Virus record (IMG/VR): IMGVR_UViG_3300050821_013430
Span: 408,750 to 472,749 of that record
DNA: 64,000 nucleotides
Strand: one strand, 5' to 3'
Part shown: positions 8,929 through 16,249 of the stretch, one piece after another
How the letters are laid out: every line of letters begins with the position of its first letter
Position numbering within the stretch: position 1 is the stretch's first letter
Notes under the pieces: generated by a model
Database searches by the model: none
Told to the model about the DNA's origin: nothing
Seen by the model: the letters and a program-made list of their open reading frames with translations, nothing else
Translations under genes and position numbers: made by a program

Positions 8929-9160
8929 GTGCTTACCCCTTCCTTCTCTTTCGGGGGAAATTGGCTCGAATCAGTCGGAGGCATTCCTGCCAGGTGAGAA
9001 CACCTGCGCCACCATCGTCCAAAACGACCCAGATGGGATCACACGCTGGGGGAGTGTTGAAGTATCCCCTGATGTATCCGTAAGTAGCCGTGGTATCGAA
9101 GTCTTGCCGCGGCTTGCTTACGGGTAGGGATGGCGAGCAGGCGAAGTAAGATGACTGCCT

Positions 9161-9370
9161 TCATTTCCCCTCCTCATACCACCTCAGGATGGCTTTGAGG
9201 GTTTCGGGGGAGAGGATGACACTTTGCATTCCCGCACCCTCACCCTGGGTGATCTTGAAGGTGGATTCCCCATCATGTAGGGAAAGGTAGTCGATCCACT
9301 TGACCACCTCGACCTTGGGCGTCTCTTCCGCCCCACCACTGAAACACATCTTGTCGCCGATCTTGCGCAT
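9161..9370 (-). CDS. hypothetical protein
   Basis: GGAGG SD before MRKIGDK. Confidence 0.6.
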   Translation of the reverse strand: MRKIGDKMCFSGGAEETPKVEVVKWIDYLSLHDGESTFKITQGEGAGMQSVILSPETLKAILRWYEEGK

Positions 9371-9375
9371 GTTCC

Positions 9376-9558
9376 TTACCTCCCCTTCTTGGAATACACC
9401 GCCCGCAGCGAGACGATGGCCAGGGCTACGAACAGACAGGTGCTCCAGGCCACTTCGAGGGTATTCAAGTTGAAGGCGGTGTGGGAGAGTGCGGGGAAGA
9501 AGAAGTACAGCATCCAGGTGGTGGCGATGGCAAACCCGATGGCAACGAACGCTTTCAT
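9376..9558 (-). CDS. 60-aa two-TM membrane protein, paralog of 474..653
   Basis: GGAGG SD; MKAFVAIG...AFNLNTLEVAWSTCLFVALAIVSLRAVYSKK. Confidence 0.7.
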   Translation of the reverse strand: MKAFVAIGFAIATTWMLYFFFPALSHTAFNLNTLEVAWSTCLFVALAIVSLRAVYSKKGR

Positions 9559-9650
9559 GACATCCTCCGAGGTTGTGGGTGGTTGAACGCAAGTGAAACC
9601 TGCCAGCGAAGCGCCGCTTGAACAAGCGACAAGGTAAGATGACTGCGACC

Positions 9651-9947
9651 TCAGGCTGTCTTCGCCTCCTTGGCGAGCTCCCGACACACTCTGCACGGCT
9701 CCTTGTGGATGCAGGTGCCGGTCTCCTTCAATTCAGACGATTGGGCGGTGATCTCGTACACCGTCTCCGCCTTGGGGAGCAGACCGTACTCCGAACTCGC
9801 GATGTAGGTCTTGGCAGTCGGGCCGGTGCCCAGGGTGAGAGTGGCGATCCCAGTGTAAGTAGACCAGTCCCCTTCCTTCCGATTGCCTGCCACCCCCGCC
9901 ACGATTCGGAACCGTCCGTGATTGTCGTACTCGATGGTGAATTGCAT
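9651..9947 (-). CDS. hypothetical protein
   Basis: AAGGAG SD. Confidence 0.65.
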   Translation of the reverse strand: MQFTIEYDNHGRFRIVAGVAGNRKEGDWSTYTGIATLTLGTGPTAKTYIASSEYGLLPKAETVYEITAQSSELKETGTCIHKEPCRVCRELAKEAKTA

Positions 9948-9971
9948 GTGAGTATCTCCTTGTGTGGGTGG

Positions 9972-10247
9972 TTAGCGGCCGAGGTAGTCCAGCAGGTTCT
10001 CGTCTCCCCCGCCGAAGTCCTCTTCCCCACCTTGTGCGCTGCCTCGGTTGGCCTTGGGGATGATTGAGAACACGTTCATCGAAACGCGTACCTGTCCGTG
10101 CTCTCCGTCCTTTCCGCACACCCGCTGAGGGCCGCGGCTGCTGTAGATGATCTGGCTCTTGCCGGTCTTGCTCTGTCCCACCTTCTGGCTCAAATCGAGC
10201 CGAATGGTGAGAATGTCTCCGTCCAGGCTCATATCGATCTCTTGCAT
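9972..10247 (-). CDS. conserved small beta-rich protein (possible nucleic-acid binding)
   Basis: AAGGAG SD; LTIRLDLSQKVGQSKTGKSQII resembles a widespread uncharacterised family. Confidence 0.65.
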   Translation of the reverse strand: MQEIDMSLDGDILTIRLDLSQKVGQSKTGKSQIIYSSRGPQRVCGKDGEHGQVRVSMNVFSIIPKANRGSAQGGEEDFGGGDENLLDYLGR

Positions 10248-10291
10248 GACACTTGTTCTCCTTGTCGGTTGTTGTGGGTTGGATGTAGGGG

Positions 10292-10588
10292 TTAGGCGGA
10301 CTTGAGCCACGCTGACATGTCCATGCTCTCCTCTCCCGTCTTGTAGACGGTCGAGGTGTTCTCCGGGTCGACGTTTCCGCCGTTCTGCTCCAATTCGTTC
10401 ACCGTGTCGCCGAGGAGGAGGTTCAGCAGGGCGAAGCCGGAAGCATACTCCAAGACTACACGTCGGGCCTCATGGTAGTTGCCTTCCTCACCTCGGGTCT
10501 CGATCTCCGCCCGAACAGCCTTGCGGCTCAGGGCGCGAATGGGGGCGTTGCCGCAGTTGCTCTCAGCAATCCAATATGCCAGTTGCAT
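10292..10588 (-). CDS. hypothetical protein
   Basis: GGAG SD. Confidence 0.65.
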   Translation of the reverse strand: MQLAYWIAESNCGNAPIRALSRKAVRAEIETRGEEGNYHEARRVVLEYASGFALLNLLLGDTVNELEQNGGNVDPENTSTVYKTGEESMDMSAWLKSA

Positions 10589-10604
10589 GATGATCTCCGT
10601 TGTT

Positions 10605-10845
10605 GAGCCCCCTTGGGGGCGGTTGTCGTTTCGTATCCCAAGTTATCCCAGCAGTCAGCCCACATGAACGCAGAATGTGGCGGGGTATCGACGAGGCCCA
10701 TTCCAGCCCCTCATCCCGTCTGACATTCCCACAATTACCCCCGTTGAAGGTAAAGCGGGGCTTTCATGTAGGCTGACTGCTGAGGGGCTCCCAACCGGAG
10801 CCCGCAGACCGAAACCCCCTAAGGGATACCCTTGGAGGCTTCAAT
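10605..10845 (-). ncRNA. multibranch structured RNA
   Basis: 22-bp stem 10647-10668/10763-10784 whose mismatches are G-U on the minus strand; hairpins 10811-10842 and 10607-10620. Confidence 0.6.
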
Positions 10846-10853
10846 CCGACATC

Positions 10854-11099
10854 TCAGTCCAAGTGCCCACCCGTTCGGGGCGTAGGCACACCGTTGCTAC
10901 CTCCGCCTACTTCCTGCCACGGCATTCCCGCATCATCCCAGGTTGGCGCCCCGCAAGGGATGCCTTGTTGATGCGCCGTGTAGCAGAAGTCAGGATACTG
11001 TTGCCCACCGTCATCCGCGGTGGGGGTGTAGTCTACCGGGCCCGCACCATAGGCGCAGCCGCTCAACATCACGCACGCTGCCATCAGGTATCGAGCCAT
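10854..11099 (-). CDS. small lipoprotein
   Basis: Lipobox LSGC after a hydrophobic stretch. Confidence 0.6.
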   Translation of the reverse strand: MARYLMAACVMLSGCAYGAGPVDYTPTADDGGQQYPDFCYTAHQQGIPCGAPTWDDAGMPWQEVGGGSNGVPTPRTGGHLD

Positions 11100-11104
11100 T
11101 GTTG

Positions 11105-11172
11105 CACCTTTGCTTCCTTTGCCTACAGTGTGGTTTTTGACGCCTTCGCACTCTTCCGCACCTTATCCTACC
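11105..11172 (-). repeat. repeated intergenic element, copy 2
   Basis: See 2383-2450. Confidence 0.75.
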
Positions 11173-11375
11173 TTTGCCTTCTCGAACTCCGCCAGGATCA
11201 CATCCACCGATGCGATGGCTTCCTGCACCAATTCGGTCTCGATGCTGGCTTGCTCGATGTAGTCATCCGCACACATCAGCACCTTTTCCTTTCCCAGCCG
11301 GTGGATGGCAGGTAGATTGACTTCCTCCAAGGTGAGAATGCGACCGCAGAAGAAACAGCCGTAGATGTGGGCCAT
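11163..11375 (-). CDS. hypothetical protein
   Basis: Operon tiling; CFFC. Confidence 0.55.
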   Translation of the reverse strand: MAHIYGCFFCGRILTLEEVNLPAIHRLGKEKVLMCADDYIEQASIETELVQEAIASVDVILAEFEKAKVG

Positions 11376-11377
11376 TG

Positions 11378-11656
11378 TCAGTACCCCATCTCGATTACTT
11401 CGTTCTCGGCCGCAATGTCAGCCTGCCTCCGACAGAAGGCGCAAGTGGGCTCACACATCCCATCGCATCCCACCTCCTCGGCTTCGGCGCTCAGGTCGAG
11501 CACCCCCGGCTCCTCCGCCATCGGCACCAGTTTCAGCACCTTGTCGTACATCGTGTTCAGGGTGCCGTGCAGCTCCTTGTCCCCACACTCCGACATGTGG
11601 GCTCGGATGAGACGACGAAGCAGGCTCAGCTCCATCGCGGTGAATTGAGAGTCCAT
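11378..11656 (-). CDS. hypothetical protein
   Basis: AGGAGG SD before MDSQF. Confidence 0.65.
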   Translation of the reverse strand: MDSQFTAMELSLLRRLIRAHMSECGDKELHGTLNTMYDKVLKLVPMAEEPGVLDLSAEAEEVGCDGMCEPTCAFCRRQADIAAENEVIEMGY

Positions 11657-11690
11657 GTAGTCCTCCTGGGGTGGATGTGGTTGAATGTGC

Positions 11691-11878
11691 GCCAAAGTCT
11701 GCCCCGGGCTCCCTATCTGTCCGCTTCTCTCCGGTGCGTGGGGGTCTATGGGTGGAGAGAGGCTAACAGGAGACCGAGGCAGACTTTGACGGGGGATGTG
11801 GCTAAATACCTACATCCCCCTACATGCGCCAGAAACACTTGTAGCCAGGAGCAGAACCGAAGTCCCACTCCCAGCTAC
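11691..11878 (-). ncRNA. three-hairpin structured RNA
   Basis: 100-nt rod 11691-11790; hairpin 11791-11820; 17-bp G-U-rich stem with C(UUCG)G loop 11841-11878 on the minus strand. Confidence 0.65.
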
Positions 11879-11881
11879 TTG

Positions 11882-12109
11882 TCAGGGGAAGGAGAGCAAA
11901 TGCTCACACTTCCGCCCATTGTCAGACAGACGGAGGAAGATGCGTACCACCTCCCCCGAGATGCCCCACTCCTCTCCCACATCGTAGGCCCAGGTAGAGA
12001 AGACGCAGCTATCGCCGATACGCACCTTGCGCTGAAAGGTAGGATGCCACATCAGGGCCAGGCTGAACTGTACGGCGAGGTACTCCAAGGCACGGAGATG
12101 TAGGGTCAT
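11882..12109 (-). CDS. hypothetical protein
   Basis: Operon tiling. Confidence 0.45.
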   Translation of the reverse strand: MTLHLRALEYLAVQFSLALMWHPTFQRKVRIGDSCVFSTWAYDVGEEWGISGEVVRIFLRLSDNGRKCEHLLSFP

Positions 12110-12110
12110 C

Positions 12111-12335
12111 TCAGTACCCCACCGGCATGAAACCTACACTCTTGCACTTGGGGCACTTGGGTGAGTCCTTGGTGATTCCCAGCCCGCGGTAGAAGGCCAC
12201 ACGATCGGCGGGCATAGGCTTCTTGTGATCCTTGTGCCCACATTCCTCACACCGCCAGAACGGCTTGGGAGGTGTGATCTCACCTACGGGCATGTCGTCG
12301 CCGGACACGAAATCGTCATCGAAGTCGTTCATCAT
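12111..12335 (-). CDS. small Zn-ribbon protein
   Basis: CEEC...CPKC; GGAGG SD. Confidence 0.65.
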   Translation of the reverse strand: MMNDFDDDFVSGDDMPVGEITPPKPFWRCEECGHKDHKKPMPADRVAFYRGLGITKDSPKCPKCKSVGFMPVGY

Positions 12336-12529
12336 CCCACCTCCGTGTAGTGAAAAGCGTACAGGTACGGGGGGCCATCCACCCGCACGTTCGTCCGTCG
12401 ACGCACCCTCTTACCTTTGACCAACTCCTCGTACACGGGGAGCGGCTCCTGGGAGAAGATGCCATCTCGGCGCTGATGTAGGGAAGCAAGCGCCAATGCG
12501 ACTACCTCGGCAGAAAAGACACCCATCAT
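12332..12529 (-). CDS. hypothetical protein
   Basis: GGAGG SD before MMGVFS. Confidence 0.55.
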   Translation of the reverse strand: MMGVFSAEVVALALASLHQRRDGIFSQEPLPVYEELVKGKRVRRRTNVRVDGPPYLYAFHYTEVG

Positions 12530-12542
12530 CCCACCTCCTCGT

Positions 12543-12953
12543 TCAATCCGTTGGACAACCCGACTCGTACCACATGGTACGAGCATCGTCTGCTCTGTCT
12601 TGCGCCACCTGACGTTGGTACTTGAGGTACGCAGCCAGGTGCTCCTTCTGCTCCGGTGTGGTACAAGCGTCCCCATCCACCACCAGAACCACGTTCTTGC
12701 CCCCACACACCTCACAGGGGACGTCGTACATCCCACCTCGTGAGAAGTAGGCTTCCCTTTCCTCACTGCCGGGCTCGAACGCCTCGTCGAACTCCTCTTG
12801 TGAGTAGGCGTGGTTGCCGATGCTCGGTGTCAGGTGAGTGCCGTGTCCATCGCACTTGGAGCACACTTCGTGCTTGTGTGGGAGGAGTGCGACCACCTCG
12901 TCCCCGGTTTCGACGTCGTGGTAGGTGACTTCCCGACTTTGGGGCCGCATCAT
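12543..12953 (-). CDS. protein with DnaJ-type CxxCxGxG Zn motifs
   Basis: CSKCDGHG, CEVCGGK; GGAGG SD. Confidence 0.65.
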   Translation of the reverse strand: MMRPQSREVTYHDVETGDEVVALLPHKHEVCSKCDGHGTHLTPSIGNHAYSQEEFDEAFEPGSEEREAYFSRGGMYDVPCEVCGGKNVVLVVDGDACTTPEQKEHLAAYLKYQRQVAQDRADDARTMWYESGCPTD

Positions 12954-13229
12954 CCCACCTCCTCCTCTTCCTCCTCACACTCGTCTTTGTCCTCTGCCAT
13001 CATGCCCGACATATAGGCGACCGTGCGCCTGTCCTCGCACTCCGCCCACACTTCCGCCATTTCCCGACGTTGATCCCTGGGAGCCTTCATTGTCATACCT
13101 CCTCACAACCTGCCATACCATATGATAGGCTGTGAGGAACTATCCCACATGCTGCCCCAAACGCAGAAAACACGAATCCCCAGAAAGGAGCCTTGTGGCC
13201 CCTTTCCAGGGTGAATGTAGGTGGATGCC

Positions 13230-13430
13230 CTACTTGACTCGTTCCGCCTCACCTTGTGGGATGTCCTGCACCCCGAAGCGCTGCTGTAGGGTCATTGTCC
13301 CCATAGCGCCCAGGTTGTAGTCAAAGGTGACCACGGTGTGGGTTCCTTCCCGCTTGACTACGGTAACCTCCCACACTTGGCCATACTTGACCGAAAGGTG
13401 GGCGCGGATGGTAGGCGAGATGTCGTTCAT
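13230..13430 (-). CDS. hypothetical protein
   Basis: Start at MNDISPT. Confidence 0.5.
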   Translation of the reverse strand: MNDISPTIRAHLSVKYGQVWEVTVVKREGTHTVVTFDYNLGAMGTMTLQQRFGVQDIPQGEAERVK

Positions 13431-13620
13431 TGTCCTACCTACCACGCCACCGCGACCAGACAAGCCACCACGTAGGCCAGTGCCGCACCATAGGCGATGA
13501 TGTTGTTCATTGTGTGTCTTCTCCCTTCGTGTCGGTTGGGAAACTACAACGGCCCCAAACCTCCCGTGTATGGGAAGTTAGGGGCCGGAGGGTAGTTCTC
13601 CTACCTTGTAGGCTGGGAAC

Positions 13621-14136
13621 CTACTTCGCCGCGGGGGGAGTCACCTTGACGCAAAGCGTCTTGGATGCGTCCGCAAGGCGCGTCACGACGAAACCGAGTT
13701 CCTTACAGCGGATCGCGACTTGCTCGATCGCCATTCCGCTCTCGAATGCCTCGGAAAGCGCCGAACACGGCACGTTGTACGACCCGGGGAAACCGCCGAG
13801 CGAGGCACGCAAGCCAGCGGAAAGCCCGTTGTACTCGGCGCGGCGCGTCTCGTACTCTTCCGCATACGGCCCCATGAGATTCGCCAGATCCGCGCGAATC
13901 TGTTTCTCGGCCTCGCGCTTCCGCTCGGTCGCCATGAACGAAAGCGACTTGATCACGCGATCGTTGACGGTACGGATCGTGTCGGGAGTCAGCACCTTGT
14001 CGCCGAGAGCCTTGCCGTTGGGCCAGGCATTGGCGAAGATTGCGTGCAAGGTCGACAGTGCCTCGGTCGCCGCGCTCTCTTCCGTCTCGGAAAGGACCAG
14101 AACCTTGTTACTCGTGTCGCTGGGAATCATGGCCAT
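13621..14136 (-). CDS. first gene of the leftward early array, unknown function
   Basis: AGGAG SD before ATG 14136; very GC-rich codons. Confidence 0.75.
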   Translation of the reverse strand: MAMIPSDTSNKVLVLSETEESAATEALSTLHAIFANAWPNGKALGDKVLTPDTIRTVNDRVIKSLSFMATERKREAEKQIRADLANLMGPYAEEYETRRAEYNGLSAGLRASLGGFPGSYNVPCSALSEAFESGMAIEQVAIRCKELGFVVTRLADASKTLCVKVTPPAAK

Positions 14137-14149
14137 GATGACGTATCTC

Positions 14150-14707
14150 CTGTTATGTCCCATGTGGGACGGTTGGGTTACTACTGAACGCTACTGCTAC
14201 GTAGCGGTTAGAACCTAAGGCGCCGCGAAGCACCGCGCAACGTGGCATACTACTTGCCTTAGATGCTAACCGCTACGGGAAACGATGTAGGGGGAACCTA
14301 TACAGTGTGGCTCGACTCCTTACATCGTTTCCGTATCCTGGTAGGATGCTATCTCTACCTGATAGTCCAGTGTCGTTTTCTCCCTATGTTTTCGGGGGGT
14401 TAGGAAGGACGGGACACGTAACGAGTATCCGACCTAACACTAGACAGGATGACCTGGCCCTACTCTAGCCTACCTTGTGGCAGACCACGCACCCACTATG
14501 TGGGACATCTTCCGCCTCCGCTTTCATCGCCCCACCTTGCACCCCTTACGGGGTATGCATGTAAGACGCTAGGACGTTTGGCGCCGATGTAGGACTATTA
14601 GGTTGTCAGGGAGCAGAGGTCATCCAACATCCTACCTTGTCCCACGTTGCGACCACGGATGTAGCGCGCGGTGCGGGAGGGTAGGTTGCGGGAGAGGACC
14701 ACGATAC
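14150..14707 (-). ncRNA. large (~560 nt) structured leader / ncRNA
   Basis: 12-bp stems 14200-14211/14266-14277 and 14278-14289/14321-14332; long-range stem 14447-14455/14617-14625; GUAA tetraloop hairpin 14541-14554. Confidence 0.6.
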
Positions 14708-14717
14708 AGACATAGAT

Positions 14718-14734
14718 AGCACGTGCTATGCCAA
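14718..14734 (-). promoter_or_regulatory. sigma54-type promoter (predicted TSS ~14707)
   Basis: TTGGCATAGCACGTGCT = GG-N10-GC; overlaps palindrome ATAGCACGTGCTAT; directly upstream of the structured leader. Confidence 0.55.
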
Positions 14735-14820
14735 GAGAGGGTAGAGGCTAACTATGCGGAATCATTGGAGAGGCACCTGATGTAGGGCAAGGTGGGATGG
14801 GGGCGGGAGCCCAGGGTACG

Positions 14821-14852
14821 ATGTAGGTATTGGGCTAAGTAGGCGGAATCAT
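14821..14852 (+). repeat. 32-bp exact direct repeat, copy 2
   Basis: Identical to 3062-3093; partial variant ggctaactatgcggaatcatt at 14746-14766. Confidence 0.95.
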
Positions 14853-14929
14853 TGGGGATAGGGTTGGGGTATGGGGCCCCCAGGGTGGGGGAGCCTACCC
14901 TCACCCCCAGGGTAGGGGTCTTGCCTACC

Positions 14930-15300
14930 TGGTACAGTTGTTGTATGGGATAGAAGCATGCCAAGCCTAGAGGGTAGGGGGAGGTAGGACAGGGCGGGGA
15001 TGGCCGGTATCTTGCACCGGATAAACTCATGCCAAGGGTGCCGTGTAGTACAAGGTGGGAGATGTAGGGCAAGGTCGGGCGGTGCAAAACCCATGCCAAG
15101 TGGTAGGATAAGGTGGTTTGGGGCCGGTTGGCATTGAAACTGCAAGGGAAAGGAACATGCCAAGGGCTTTTGGTAGGAAGTTGTAGGAGATGGTAGGTTT
15201 CTCGAGGAATGGCATAGGTATTGCAGGGGAAAGAAGGATACCAGCAGAAAGGTGGGATATTGTAGTTGGTATGGGGATTGCAAGGACAAGAAGCATGCCA
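14930..15300. repeat. array of five 34-bp dyad elements made of inverted sigma54-like boxes
   Basis: Units at 14930, 15001, 15129, 15210 and 15267, each TGG-N10-G(C/T)-N4-NN-N10-CCA; half unit ending 15098. Confidence 0.8.
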
Positions 15301-15691
15301 TAGGGGGCTGGAGCCCCCGTTTCCTGGGAGGTAGGCCAGGGTGGGGCGGTGTGGGCCTCCCAAACAGGGGTAAAACACTCTTCCGCCCGCCTTCAACACT
15401 AATCCCTCCCATTCAATCAAACCCTGCTCGACACTAATCTGACTATCCTATCCGCCCCACCAATCCTACCATTCCTAAACACCCCTCAATCTATTCCACC
15501 TTACCTTACTGCCCGAAACTACTCCTCCTATAAGGCCCTAGGAAGCGTCGCACCTTAGAACGTAGGGGGATGTCAATCTCAGTCGAAAGCGTCCTATAAC
15601 TAAGCCTAGCCCCACTAATAGGCCATCTACCCACCACCGCCACTTCAAATCAGACCCCCTCAACCCTCAAAACCTGGATAATTCGCCGAAC

Positions 15692-15733
15692 TGCAAAATT
15701 GACGCCGGAAACCGAATGCAAGAATCGTGCCAA
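15692..15733 (-). promoter_or_regulatory. tandem sigma54-type boxes
   Basis: TTGGCACGATTCTTGCA (15717-15733, consensus match) and CGGCGTCAATTTTGCA (15692-15707). Confidence 0.65.
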
Positions 15734-15751
15734 AATGTAAGCGTCAAATGA

Positions 15752-16000
15752 ATGGAATTAGATACTTCAACTCTTGGAGGTGCCATTCTTTGCGGTAAGG
15801 ACAGCCCGACATCGGTATTGGCTGCTGCCGCGGGACTCCTGAACAAGAGGAAGACGACAGATGGGACAGCCTTTGGATTGAAAATCGTGCCAGGAGATCA
15901 TGAGCGAGAGGATCCGCGTAAAATGGAGAGTGGGGCGAGAGCCCTAAACCTTATTAGGAGGAATAAGACGCTCGGAAAGGATCGTAATATCATCATCTGA
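15752..16000 (+). CDS. hypothetical protein
   Basis: ORF only. Confidence 0.4.
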   Translation: MELDTSTLGGAILCGKDSPTSVLAAAAGLLNKRKTTDGTAFGLKIVPGDHEREDPRKMESGARALNLIRRNKTLGKDRNIII

Positions 16001-16174
16001 AAACTCCTCATCACCCACAAACCAACTATATTCTCTCTCACGACCAACATAAACACCGTTCTCCCACCTATTACCTTCAATATAGGTATAAGAAGCGATG
16101 CGGGGCTCATATTTCTTATCCTTATCTTGAATCCAATAGTATCCTAATTCTCTAAGTGGCGTCTTGCTTCCCAT
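15944..16174 (-). CDS. hypothetical protein
   Basis: AAGGA SD before MGSKTPLRELGYYWIQ. Confidence 0.5.
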   Translation of the reverse strand: MGSKTPLRELGYYWIQDKDKKYEPRIASYTYIEGNRWENGVYVGREREYSWFVGDEEFSDDDITILSERLIPPNKV

Positions 16175-16249
16175 ATGGTGTCCTTTGTTATTGACATGGT
16201 AAATCCAAGAGAATAAGAAGTCAAGAGGATAAAATGACATTGGGAAGAG

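Noticed and set aside
1-14140. Frequent cccacctcc / cctacctcc strings as a repeat family
   Set aside because: They are the complement of GGAGGT Shine-Dalgarno sites placed just before start codons.
262-14218. Many + strand ORFs in the early array (e.g. 2938..3555, 11375..12103, 13430..14218)
   Set aside because: Shadow ORFs of GC-rich minus-strand genes that tile with SDs and coupled stops.
14930-15300. CRISPR array or Cas12-type locus
   Set aside because: Units are too divergent, spacers are irregular and carry another motif, no cas genes are present, and TnpB has an IS-type end.
14752-15437. ORFs 14752..15420, 14849..15412, 15027..15296 and 15252..15437
   Set aside because: Pro-rich or Gly-rich translations in several overlapping frames follow from the G skew and motif array; no RBS or domain.
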